Source: a bacterium
GTDB taxonomy: Bacteria; Patescibacteriota; Patescibacteriia; UBA1558; UBA10009
Length of the DNA: 64,000 nucleotides
NCBI GenBank assembly: GCA_018672055.1
Contig: JABHGM010000001.1
Location: forward strand, 824,093-888,092
Direction of reading: 5' to 3'
Notes under the pieces: generated by a model
What the model was told of the DNA's origin: nothing
Databases searched by the model: none
Seen by the model: the letters and a program-made list of their open reading frames with translations, nothing else
Made by a program: the position numbers and the translations under genes
In this document: positions 1 to 9,296 of the stretch, in pieces
Position numbering within the stretch: the first letter of the stretch is position 1
How the letters are laid out: each line of letters starts with the position of its first letter

Positions 1-216
1 TTTTTTCTTATTAGACTTAGTAACAACTGAACCTTCAACAAAACAAATATCCATTTCAGGTGTTTTAAAAACTTTCTCTTCCATTAATCTAAATTCAACA
101 ATTTCAAAATATTCTAAAAGATCTATAAATCTATTACCTAGATCCATTATACTAAACTGACAACCTTCACATGAAGTTAAACCAACAATACCAACTTTTA
201 ATTTTTTTCTCTTCAT
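1..216 (-). CDS. [NiFe]-hydrogenase small (delta, HydD-like) subunit, N-terminal fragment; the gene continues beyond the window start
   Basis: Manual translation from the ATG at 216-214 (minus) gives MKRKKLKVGIVGLTSCEGCQFSIMDLGNRF...DICFVEGSVVTKSNKK. The LTSCxGCQ and IxFVEGSV motifs match group-3 NiFe hydrogenase small subunits. Its ATG overlaps the TGA of the upstream ORF (ATGA). Confidence 0.6.
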   Translation of the reverse strand, partial: MKRKKLKVGIVGLTSCEGCQFSIMDLGNRFIDLLEYFEIVEFRLMEEKVFKTPEMDICFVEGSVVTKSNKKK

Positions 217-698
217 ATTTTTGATTCTAAGATTTCTTTTAATTCATCTGGGTTTTCTGTGCTAACAAATACATTTTTTGGTTTCATTTTTATTAAAATA
301 CCATGAGGAGTGCCTGTTATAAAACCAACTGACTTATCTTTGCCTAAAGCAAAGCCATAACCTGAATAATTTTTTTTATCAAAATCCTTTACTTCCACAT
401 CTATTACATCTTTAAGTAATATTTTTTTTCTAAATATGCCAAAACTTAATTTTAAATAAGTATCATTTATTTTAATTATTAGTTGAGAATAGGACCAAAA
501 AAATATTAAATCTACAATTACTATTAAAGTAGCAATAAATCTAGTATATGGTGTATTAAGCCAATCTTTAACGGGTCCTGGAAAAACGAATAAAAATACT
601 AAAATTAAAGCTATAATAATATATATTAAAATTACCACAAAAGGTGTTTTAACTTCTTCAAAGTATAAGTAATTTTTTTTATATTTATTCTTAAACAT
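213..698 (-). CDS. small membrane protein with two N-terminal TM helices and a bacterial PH-like (YdbS/YdbT-type) C-terminal domain
   Basis: ORF track. The hydrophobic segment IYIIIALILVFLFVF is followed by a soluble ~100-aa domain. It overlaps the next gene by 8 nt. Confidence 0.45.
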   Translation of the reverse strand: MFKNKYKKNYLYFEEVKTPFVVILIYIIIALILVFLFVFPGPVKDWLNTPYTRFIATLIVIVDLIFFWSYSQLIIKINDTYLKLSFGIFRKKILLKDVIDVEVKDFDKKNYSGYGFALGKDKSVGFITGTPHGILIKMKPKNVFVSTENPDELKEILESKI

Positions 699-1416
699 TC
701 TTTAAAGCTTTAATATTATTTATGGTAAACTTTTCAATATTTCTTGACTGAACTTTGGTTATAACATCACAGACCGTGTCCCAATGAAAGGTAACTATAT
801 TATCCCTAGCAATTTCCTTTATTAATCTCTTATCCCATTTAATTTCTTTAATAATTTCTTCCTCACTTAAACGGACTTCCCCACCATCAGCTATTACTGG
901 CAAATACTTAACAATTAATGAATCTTCTTTTAATTCTCTTACCTCGCCCCAACTAATTCTACAAAGGTCAATTAATTTACCAACTATTTTAATAGTATGA
1001 GTTACCGATCCAACATACATAACATGAAAACTATGATGTACTACCATATTATCTGGTATATTATCTGCTAATTTCTTAGCTTGTTCATAGTTTAACTTAT
1101 TCTCACCTTGAAACTCTTTTAAAATAACTTCTTTTAAGTCAGAAACTTTAACTTTTTTAAGTAACATATTACCTAACCAATATGCTTCAATTACTTTAGT
1201 ATCAAATACTTCTAAATTATTTCTATCAGCTATTAGTTTTAAATATGGTATTACCCCTATAAAGGTGTTAGCTACTTCTTCTAACTTAATTAAATCAACA
1301 TCCTTGCCATCAAGATAATCTTCTATTAATTCATAACTACTTTTATTTGTGGGACCACAAAAATGCAATTTGCATGGAGCAAAAGAATACTGAAAAAATT
1401 TTTTAAAGTCCTTCAT
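691..1416 (-). CDS. hypothetical protein (no recognisable family)
   Basis: 241-aa ORF in an operon-like arrangement between a transporter gene and the PH-domain gene; no motif recognised. Confidence 0.45.
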   Translation of the reverse strand: MKDFKKFFQYSFAPCKLHFCGPTNKSSYELIEDYLDGKDVDLIKLEEVANTFIGVIPYLKLIADRNNLEVFDTKVIEAYWLGNMLLKKVKVSDLKEVILKEFQGENKLNYEQAKKLADNIPDNMVVHHSFHVMYVGSVTHTIKIVGKLIDLCRISWGEVRELKEDSLIVKYLPVIADGGEVRLSEEEIIKEIKWDKRLIKEIARDNIVTFHWDTVCDVITKVQSRNIEKFTINNIKALKNV

Positions 1417-2302
1417 AATCTAACTGCTTTTTTTTAGAACTAACAATTACCAGAGCAATACCAAATATGATAATAAATAAACCAATATATTGATTAAAGA
1501 CTAATGTCTTACCTTGAATTAAAGATAATATATTAGTAATAGGTGCTCCCAAAGCTAAAATACAAGTAGCTGTGCTTATTTTTATATACTTTATACCTGA
1601 ATACCAAGTTATGAGGAAAAGGGTTAAAATAAAGCCAGTTAATAATGTCCAAGTAAATTGTTCAAAACTAAGACTTGATAATAATGAAACTTGTTTAGTA
1701 AATAATAAATAAATGAAAATGAAGAATGAACCAAAAAACATTCTAGAAGCTGCAACTATCCTCGGCGATATAGTACTAACTGCTTTTTTAGATATAATAT
1801 TTTCCCCTGCCCAGAATAATGTAGCTATTAGAATCAAACTATCACCTAAACTTAATAAGTTACCAGGATCTAATTTTAGTAATAATACATTACCAATTAA
1901 AATAACTAAGATACCAGCAATCAATAATTTATTTAACTTTTCTTTCAAAAATATTACTGCCATAATTGCTACAAATAAGAACATGCTTTTGTGAATCATA
2001 GATGCGTTACCAGAAGTAGATAGTGATAAGCCTTTAAAAAATAATAGAAATGGAATACTACCACCAACTAAACCAATAATAGCTAAAGTTAACCAATCTT
2101 TTTTCTTAAGTAACTTTACTTTATGCCATTCTTTAAAAGCAATTATAATAGCTAAAACAAATAGACCAGCTATTAAATTTTTTAAAAAAGTATAAATATC
2201 AGGTGATATTACTTTAACTCCGAATTGATTAATGAAAATTGCTACACCTGATATAAGAGCTGTTGATAGTACTAGTAAGATACCTTTTGATTTTTGATTC
2301 AT
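1403..2302 (-). CDS. EamA/DMT-superfamily transporter
   Basis: About 10 predicted TM helices with a two-repeat architecture typical of EamA. Confidence 0.6.
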   Translation of the reverse strand: MNQKSKGILLVLSTALISGVAIFINQFGVKVISPDIYTFLKNLIAGLFVLAIIIAFKEWHKVKLLKKKDWLTLAIIGLVGGSIPFLLFFKGLSLSTSGNASMIHKSMFLFVAIMAVIFLKEKLNKLLIAGILVILIGNVLLLKLDPGNLLSLGDSLILIATLFWAGENIISKKAVSTISPRIVAASRMFFGSFFIFIYLLFTKQVSLLSSLSFEQFTWTLLTGFILTLFLITWYSGIKYIKISTATCILALGAPITNILSLIQGKTLVFNQYIGLFIIIFGIALVIVSSKKKQLDYEGL

Positions 2303-2316
2303 ATTTTAAATAATAA

Positions 2317-3306
2317 TTAAAATAAATTAAATAATTTTGCTAAGAATAATACATATATTAATAGATACATCATACCTTCCCAATTATGAATTTTTTTAGA
2401 GATTCCTGAGAAGATATACAAGACAGTTGCTCCGATAACAAATGGAATACCTACCATGAAAGTAATTTCATCGATAACTAAAGTTTTGAATAATGATGGT
2501 ATACCAATAACAACTAATATATTAAAAATATTTGATCCAAATATATTACCTAAAGCTATTTCAAACTTACCTCGTCTTGCAGCTCCAATAGAAACTACAA
2601 GTTCTGGAAGCGAAGTACCAATAGCCATAGCCGACATAACTACTAAAGACGTTGGTATACCTATAGAAGTAGCAATTTCAATAATAGATTTAATAGTCCA
2701 TTCAGCACCTAAGTAAATGAAAATACTAGAAAAAATTAATATAAAAATTAATTTAAATGTATGATCCTGTCTCTTTTTTCTAGATTGATGTCTTTTCTCA
2801 CGAGTTGCTGGTATATCTTCACCAGGTACAATACCTTCTAATTTAGTTTTCTCTTCTCTACCTTCTTTAATAGTATAAGCCGCATAAACTATATATCCTA
2901 AAATACAAATAATTCCTTCACCAAATAATACTTGCTTATCCCATAAAATAATAACAATTAAAGCAGTAGCTGTGGCCAGTAAAGGTAAATCAATATCAAT
3001 TAAACTTCTTTTAACAACTAGTCTTCCAGAAATAAGTGCAGTTAAACCAACTATTAACAAAATGTTAGCAATATTAGAACCAATAGCATTAGCTACGACA
3101 ATCTCTGTTTGATTCTGAATAATAGCAATAATAGAAGTTGCTAATTCTGGTAAAGAAGTACCAATACTAATAATAGTAACACCTACAATAAAAGGTGAAA
3201 TTTTAAGCATGTAACCTATTTTCTCAGCACTTTCTGTAAAATAATCAGCTGCTTTAATTAAGATGAATAAACTTACACAAAATATTATTATCCAAAGTAG
3301 TAACAT
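2317..3306 (-). CDS. Ca2+/Na+ antiporter (CaCA/YrbG family)
   Basis: Duplicated alpha-repeat motif GTSLPELATSI ... GTSLPELVVSI with multiple TM helices. Confidence 0.7.
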   Translation of the reverse strand: MLLLWIIIFCVSLFILIKAADYFTESAEKIGYMLKISPFIVGVTIISIGTSLPELATSIIAIIQNQTEIVVANAIGSNIANILLIVGLTALISGRLVVKRSLIDIDLPLLATATALIVIILWDKQVLFGEGIICILGYIVYAAYTIKEGREEKTKLEGIVPGEDIPATREKRHQSRKKRQDHTFKLIFILIFSSIFIYLGAEWTIKSIIEIATSIGIPTSLVVMSAMAIGTSLPELVVSIGAARRGKFEIALGNIFGSNIFNILVVIGIPSLFKTLVIDEITFMVGIPFVIGATVLYIFSGISKKIHNWEGMMYLLIYVLFLAKLFNLF

Positions 3307-3311
3307 ATTAT

Positions 3312-4142
3312 TTAAATATAATTTTTAACCTCCGGATAATTAAATACCGGACCATCTTTACAAACATATTTCTCTCCCATCGCACAATGCTGACATACGC
3401 CAGTAGCACAATACATTTTTCTCTCCATTGAAACATATATATCTTCTTCTTTAAAACCTTGTTTTAGTAATTTAGCAACTACAAATTTAAACATTATTGG
3501 TGGACCACATAAAAAAGCAGAAGCATCTTCAACAACCTTAACACTATCAAATAATTTAGTAATTAAACCAAATGAACAACTTATACCTTGAATATGATTA
3601 TTAGATGGCTTTTTCTTATCAAATATCAGTCTTAAATCAATGTCATTATCTAACCATTTACCATAGCTATCTTTAAATAAAACATTATTTTCATCACTAC
3701 AGCCATAGAATACTTGAACCTTATGACTCATACTATAACCTCCACTCACCTCTTCAATAATTGATTTAAGAGGCACAAAACCACAACCTCCGCCAACTAA
3801 TAGTAGATTCTTTTTGGCTAATGTTTTTGGTTCTGGCCAGCCTTTACCAAAAGGTCCTCTGACATATATATAATCATTCTTTTTTAATTTATGTAACTTA
3901 CTTGTTAAAAAACCAACTTTTCTAACTGATATTTCAAAATACTTAGTACTAACATTACTATTTGAACAGATATCAAATGGTCCTTCACCATAACCAGGTA
4001 ATCCTATTTGAGCAAATTGACCATGCCAAAAGTAAAAATATTCTTGGTCTTTAACAAACTTTAATCTAAACAATTTAACATCTTCTGTTTCTTGTTTAAT
4101 ACTTATTATCTTAGCTTTTTTTGGTAAATATTGATTTATCAT
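3312..4142 (-). CDS. sulfhydrogenase gamma subunit-like FAD/NAD(P)-binding oxidoreductase with C-terminal [2Fe-2S] (HydG/AsrB/PyrK family)
   Basis: FAD/NAD-binding fold motifs (LLLVGGGCGFVP) and the C-terminal cluster CATGVCQHCAMGEKYVCKDGPVF. The start is adjacent to the stop of the beta-like gene. Confidence 0.65.
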   Translation of the reverse strand: MINQYLPKKAKIISIKQETEDVKLFRLKFVKDQEYFYFWHGQFAQIGLPGYGEGPFDICSNSNVSTKYFEISVRKVGFLTSKLHKLKKNDYIYVRGPFGKGWPEPKTLAKKNLLLVGGGCGFVPLKSIIEEVSGGYSMSHKVQVFYGCSDENNVLFKDSYGKWLDNDIDLRLIFDKKKPSNNHIQGISCSFGLITKLFDSVKVVEDASAFLCGPPIMFKFVVAKLLKQGFKEEDIYVSMERKMYCATGVCQHCAMGEKYVCKDGPVFNYPEVKNYI

Positions 4143-5126
4143 TTATTTTTTTTTCAAACTACTTAAATTCTTATTAATATTAATAAGTACTGGACATACT
4201 TCACTACATCTATTACAACCAACACAACCTGGTACATTATATTCTTTAGGTATTCTAACAAACTTATGTTCATACCAAAATATTAATTTTTCTTTAACGC
4301 TTCCAGTATAACTAGCTCCACCAGCTAGTTCAGTAAATTCAGGATGAAAACAATTACTACAACTTCTTTTACGAATAATGGAATTATTTTGAGGCTCATC
4401 TTCAAGATCAAAACAAAAACATGTTGGGCATACTTGAGAGCACTTACCACAAGCAATACATATTTTACCCAGCTCATCCCATAATTTATCATCTTTTGAA
4501 TTTTTTATTACATCATATAATTCAAGCATTCTCTTATCAGGGCCTTCTTCTGGTATAAGACCTACAAATTTAACATTACTAAATTCTTTAATCTTAGCTT
4601 TTTCTAAAATATCTTGCCCTTTATACGATCCAGAATATACTTTAAAATTACCAGCCTTACTCCTCATTATAAATATATCAAAAGGAATATGCTCTAAAGT
4701 ATTTTCATAAAAGGAAGTAGCGTAATTAGTCCAATCTTTAAAATCTTTTTTTTCAGGAGATGAAGCAAAATAACCAACAACCAATGTATTTCTTCTTCTT
4801 TTTAAATAATATGGATCATCTTTAAATACTAAGTCATATAAGCCTAAAGCTTTTAGATCTAAAACAGTCATATTATATGCACAAACTTTTGGATAATCAT
4901 GCTTAATTTCTTGAAAATCATCTTTGTTTACTTCAAATATATCTTCACATGGAGGAAAAAATAAATATTTCCAAGAATTCAACGGAATTCTTCCAGAATA
5001 ATCAATATCTTTAATATCACTTATTTTAGAAATAAAAAGCTCCTTACCATCTAAGATAGGAGCAAATATACCATATTCTTTATGTATAACATTTAATAGA
5101 TTATTTATCTTTTTTTGTTTTATCAT
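4143..5126 (-). CDS. sulfhydrogenase beta subunit-like 2x[4Fe-4S] protein (HydB/AsrA family)
   Basis: Motifs CIACGKCSQVCPTCFC and CVGCNRCSEVCPV. It is the first gene of the cluster with the gamma-like gene. Confidence 0.65.
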   Translation of the reverse strand: MIKQKKINNLLNVIHKEYGIFAPILDGKELFISKISDIKDIDYSGRIPLNSWKYLFFPPCEDIFEVNKDDFQEIKHDYPKVCAYNMTVLDLKALGLYDLVFKDDPYYLKRRRNTLVVGYFASSPEKKDFKDWTNYATSFYENTLEHIPFDIFIMRSKAGNFKVYSGSYKGQDILEKAKIKEFSNVKFVGLIPEEGPDKRMLELYDVIKNSKDDKLWDELGKICIACGKCSQVCPTCFCFDLEDEPQNNSIIRKRSCSNCFHPEFTELAGGASYTGSVKEKLIFWYEHKFVRIPKEYNVPGCVGCNRCSEVCPVLININKNLSSLKKK

Positions 5127-5176
5127 GCTCTATATTATACTAAAAATTAATGATTTCGTAAATAAATTTAAAAAGG

Positions 5177-5204
5177 GCAATTAATTAAAACTGCCCTTTA
5201 TATT
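5177..5204 (-). terminator. hairpin (aaagggca...tgcccttt) followed on the minus strand by a T-rich run; putative intrinsic terminator
   Basis: 8-bp stem with a 12-nt loop at 5177-5204. Reverse-complement context reads tttaaatttattt. Confidence 0.4.
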
Positions 5205-5216
5205 ATTAATATATAT

Positions 5217-5399
5217 CTATACAATACTGCCTCCAGAAAAGATGAGTTTATATATCTCATGCAAGATATAATACGTTTCTTGAAGAAGTAATAAATATTT
5301 TACTAATTTAATTAAACTAGAAATTAAATTTATAAAACATTTAGATAATCTGATATTAATATGTATATTTTTTGAGTTATCATGTAAAATAATTTTCAT
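5217..5399 (-). CDS. small hypothetical ORF (60 aa) with a strong Shine-Dalgarno sequence
   Basis: AAGGAGACA precedes the ATG by about 6 nt on the minus strand, and a candidate terminator follows. The protein is low-complexity, so it could be spurious. Confidence 0.25.
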   Translation of the reverse strand: MKIILHDNSKNIHINIRLSKCFINLISSLIKLVKYLLLLQETYYILHEIYKLIFSGGSIV

Positions 5400-5430
5400 G
5401 ATTGTCTCCTTGTATTATGTGTACGAACAA

Positions 5431-5495
5431 ATAAACGTCCACTGATTCAAAAATCTCTCTAACCGTTAGAGAGATTTATCAAGTTGGACGTTTAT
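5431..5495. repeat. long nested imperfect inverted repeat (about 65 nt hairpin)
   Basis: Outer arms ataaacgtcca (5431-5441) and tggacgtttat (5485-5495). Inner arms aaatctctct (5451-5460) and agagagattt (5468-5477). Loop aaccgtt. Additional tgat/atca pairing in between. Confidence 0.6.
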
Positions 5496-5684
5496 ATAAC
5501 TGATCAAAATTTTATAATATTAATTTAGAATCATTGAATAAAACCTAATAAATCTCCCTAAAGAGAGTATGAGGAATACGCATGGTCCAATTAATAAATA
5601 TATACATATTTTTTAAAATATTTAATTAAATTCTCACCCTTATACTTACTTAGACGTTAAATTCAATAAAATGTTACAAATATA

Positions 5685-8435
5685 CTATTTCAAGGGTAAA
5701 TTAAAGCCAAATATGGCACCTTTGCCTTTGCCCTCTGATTCAGCCCATATCTTTCCATCATGAGCTTCAATAATCTTCTTAGCAATATATAAGCCTAAAC
5801 CTGAACCTGAAGTATCAATTTGAGCAATTCCTACGCCTCTAACAAACTTCTTAAATAATTCTTTAGCTTCAGATTTTAATATTCCCACTCCAGTATCTTT
5901 AACTGATACTTTTACTTCATCACCTACTTGTTCAATATGTACCTCAATATTACCCTCTGGTGTATATTTAATGGCATTATCAACTAAATTAATAATTACA
6001 TCTTTTATCTTATCATTATCTATACCTACAGCAGGAATTAATTTTTTAGGTTTAATTAAGCTTAATTCTAAATTTCTTTTTGAAGCAGTTGGAATAAAAT
6101 TTGTAACCACACTATCGACTAAGTTAACTAAATCTATATTCTTTTTTTCAATGGTAAATCTACCAGATTCAATACGAGAAACATTTAAAAAAGTATTTAC
6201 TAAACGCGTTAAACGATCTGAGTTAACAAAAACTTCATCAACTACTTTAGCTATTTTAGGAGGTACTTCACCAAAATCACCTTCTGAAATCATTGATAAG
6301 TAACCTTTAATGCCAGTAAGTGGAGTTCTTAACTGGTGAGAAGCAATTGAAAGAAATTCTGATTTAGCTTTATCTAATTTCTGTAATCTAATATTTGCGT
6401 GTTTTAAATCTTTATTTGCTTTTTGGACTTGTTCATAATATGTTAAATTTCTATACACAATACCAGCTTGATCAGATAAAGCGTACATCATTTCTTTTTC
6501 TACATTAGTTATTTCTTTACAATCCTTAGCTAATACAAAATCAATTACACCAATAACTCTTTCTTCGGAATAAACTGGCACTGCTACAACGCATTGAATA
6601 TTTAAAATTCCTTGTATCTTATTTGCTAATTCTTCAGACATCGTTGGTTTTACAAAGTCCCAAAAATTATTTGAACTTTGTAGTTCTTTTGTATGAATAG
6701 CTCTAACTGCTAAGTTATCTTCATTGCTAAGTGAAACAATATATTCTTTAGGATTTTTAGGTAATAACTTAATTACATCTTTAATCTGAGGCGTATTTGA
6801 TATAGCGCCTATTGAAATATGCTTTTTCTCAAAATCAATAAAATTTAAAAGTCCACCTACAAAACCTAACTGATGAGTAACACCATCAGCAATTGTTTGC
6901 ATGACCTTTTCAAAATCTAAAGAACGTGTAATAACATTTGTTAATTTCTGCAAAGCTATTAAATACCTATTTCTTTCCTCTAATTCTAAAGTTGCCTGTT
7001 TTACTTTATCCTGCAAGCCAATATTAAATTCTTGAACTTCTTCATATAGTTTAGATTTTTCTAAAGCTGTAGCTGTTTGAGGACCTATAACATCAAAAAA
7101 ATCAAAATCAGCCTGCGTAAAAACTCCGCCTGATAACTTTTGACTAACTAAGAAAAATCCCGTTAATTCTCCTTCTGCAATTATTGGTACAGCTAAGCCT
7201 ACTTTTTTATTATCTAAAGCTTGCTCTAAATCTTCATACTCTTTTCTTTTCTCATCAGTATTAGCATCAGCTTTAAACCTAGCCATTTCTTCAGTAACTA
7301 CAACTTGCTTCTTATTCTTTAAATAACTAACTATACTACTGTTATTGCTAATTTTATCTTCCTCAATATCATTTTTATATAAATAATTTGATTCTGCATT
7401 ATTAGATAAAAGATATATTTTAATAGTCTTCACTTTAAGTTTAGATTGTAAATTAAATTCCAATGCCTTTAATAAATTTTCAAGATCAATTTCACGAGCA
7501 ATTATTTCACCAACTCCTCTTAATATTTTCTGATAATTAATTTTTCCTTTATAGAAAAATTTATCTGTCCACCTTGCAAGTAATTTCTTTAAAGGATCTA
7601 AACCTATAACAATAATTAACGATACAATTAAAGTAACCCAGACCTGTCCTTCGCCTTTAAAAAATTGAGCAGTTAAAAATGTAACGAATGTAAATGATAG
7701 AGCGACTGAAAGGATAAGAATGAAATAAAGAATACTTTTTGTAATAACAAGACGAATATCCATTAATCGATATTTTATAAACGCGTAAGTAAATACTATA
7801 GGATACACACCAACTAAAAAATTCCCATACGGAATTAAATTAATATCATACCAAAGAGGAAAATTAGAAAATCCTCCTATTATGGCAATAACTGATCCTA
7901 ATATTACATATTTTAATTGATTCTTTACTTGTCCATAACTTCTATTATAAGCTTTAAGTAATATTATACTTGTATATATAGTTAGACTTGCATAACATAA
8001 AATAACATAATATATATAAAATGGACCAGGATTAGGCCAAAAAACAAAAAATAATTTTTGTTCTACTGATTCAACAAATAATGATGTAAATGATAATAGT
8101 GTAAAAATAATACCCAAAATTGGGTATACCCATGATAAAATCTTATTTACTTTATTTTTCACTAAATCTTTAAACTGAAAGATAATCCATAGAAACAAAA
8201 AAATTGGTACCCATATTGAACCAACCGAAAGAAATTTTAACCAAAACAATGCTTTATCATAATCTAAAGTTTCTAATAACCATCTCCAGTATCCAAATGA
8301 CCACATAGCAACAGAACAAGACATTAAAATAAAAAATTTATTTGCTAATTGTTTTCTTCCTTTAATAAATACAAAAACAGATATATACAAAGATACAATA
8401 AAATTAATTAGTCCTGAAATAGCAAAAATTTCCAT
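5685..8435 (-). CDS. large membrane sensor histidine kinase (multi-TM N-terminal sensor, GAF-like domains, HisKA, HATPase_c)
   Basis: About 7 N-terminal TM helices. H-box SHQLRTPLTGIKGY, N/G boxes (LVDNAIKYT, DTGVGI, GSGLGL). Confidence 0.8.
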   Translation of the reverse strand: MEIFAISGLINFIVSLYISVFVFIKGRKQLANKFFILMSCSVAMWSFGYWRWLLETLDYDKALFWLKFLSVGSIWVPIFLFLWIIFQFKDLVKNKVNKILSWVYPILGIIFTLLSFTSLFVESVEQKLFFVFWPNPGPFYIYYVILCYASLTIYTSIILLKAYNRSYGQVKNQLKYVILGSVIAIIGGFSNFPLWYDINLIPYGNFLVGVYPIVFTYAFIKYRLMDIRLVITKSILYFILILSVALSFTFVTFLTAQFFKGEGQVWVTLIVSLIIVIGLDPLKKLLARWTDKFFYKGKINYQKILRGVGEIIAREIDLENLLKALEFNLQSKLKVKTIKIYLLSNNAESNYLYKNDIEEDKISNNSSIVSYLKNKKQVVVTEEMARFKADANTDEKRKEYEDLEQALDNKKVGLAVPIIAEGELTGFFLVSQKLSGGVFTQADFDFFDVIGPQTATALEKSKLYEEVQEFNIGLQDKVKQATLELEERNRYLIALQKLTNVITRSLDFEKVMQTIADGVTHQLGFVGGLLNFIDFEKKHISIGAISNTPQIKDVIKLLPKNPKEYIVSLSNEDNLAVRAIHTKELQSSNNFWDFVKPTMSEELANKIQGILNIQCVVAVPVYSEERVIGVIDFVLAKDCKEITNVEKEMMYALSDQAGIVYRNLTYYEQVQKANKDLKHANIRLQKLDKAKSEFLSIASHQLRTPLTGIKGYLSMISEGDFGEVPPKIAKVVDEVFVNSDRLTRLVNTFLNVSRIESGRFTIEKKNIDLVNLVDSVVTNFIPTASKRNLELSLIKPKKLIPAVGIDNDKIKDVIINLVDNAIKYTPEGNIEVHIEQVGDEVKVSVKDTGVGILKSEAKELFKKFVRGVGIAQIDTSGSGLGLYIAKKIIEAHDGKIWAESEGKGKGAIFGFNLPLK

Positions 8436-9214
8436 TATTTTTTTCCCTTAATTAAATAAGCCTGACCTGCAAAAACCTTTTTAATTTCGACACCCCTAAA
8501 TCCTATTTCTAACATTAAATTGTGTAGTTTCTCTCTTTCAATAAAATGATAAATTCCAATTTTACCTTTCTTTTCAATTTGCTTAGCATAATGTAAAATT
8601 TTTGGACCATCTAATAACAAATGTAACTTTGATGGATTTATCATATTTTTTATTGAACGAATAAATACATAGTTAAAATTAACCTTTTCTGTTGGGGTAG
8701 TCCAAATTAATACTCCATCCTTATTTAATATTCTATACATCTCTTTTAAAACCTCTCTGAGCGCGTTAATTCCTACATGCTCATCATTAAAAACAATAAT
8801 ATATGATAAAACTAAATTCGCAACTATTGCGTCAAACATATTTTCATCATAACTTAAAGTTTTAGCTAAATCTACTTTTTCAAAACTAACAATACTTTTT
8901 TTCTTCATTCTATTAATTGCATGATCAAGCATCACGCCATCAAAATCAATTCCAATAATGGATTCAATATCATTTCTATTTTTTAATATTAAATCAATCA
9001 TAGTTCCAGGACCACAACCAGCATCCAACCATTTCTTTCTAACAATATTATCACCTGTTATAATTTTCTTTATCTCTAATAGCATTTCTTTATACGGATC
9101 ACTTTCTTCAAGATTGAAATATATCTTTCCATAATTATTCCAAAATTTCTTTTCTTTATTCCAAAAAAGCTTATCAGTGGATAATATTTTATTGTGTTTA
9201 TCAATATATTTCAT
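8435..9214 (-). CDS. class I SAM-dependent methyltransferase
   Basis: Motif I LDAGCGPGTM. The stop overlaps the kinase start (ATGA). Confidence 0.65.
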   Translation of the reverse strand: MKYIDKHNKILSTDKLFWNKEKKFWNNYGKIYFNLEESDPYKEMLLEIKKIITGDNIVRKKWLDAGCGPGTMIDLILKNRNDIESIIGIDFDGVMLDHAINRMKKKSIVSFEKVDLAKTLSYDENMFDAIVANLVLSYIIVFNDEHVGINALREVLKEMYRILNKDGVLIWTTPTEKVNFNYVFIRSIKNMINPSKLHLLLDGPKILHYAKQIEKKGKIGIYHFIEREKLHNLMLEIGFRGVEIKKVFAGQAYLIKGKK

Positions 9215-9296
9215 ATATAAATTCTTGTTAATTTTACCATAAATTTTGATATTAATAAACTAAAAATCAGACTTTATTAGCCTGATTTTTTATATT

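Noticed and set aside
1713-1994. Plus-strand ORFs embedded antisense in longer minus-strand genes (1713..1994, 2456..2716, 5971..6303, 10701..10946, 14502..14884, 18860..19135, 27524..27709, 30247..30444, 39462..40394 minus-strand ORFs inside dnaE, 46483..46800, 52585..52788, 52962..53165, 56681..56878, 57502..57693, 60235..60468)
   Set aside because: Low-complexity translations that lie entirely inside well-supported genes on the opposite strand. They are typical AT-rich antisense noise.
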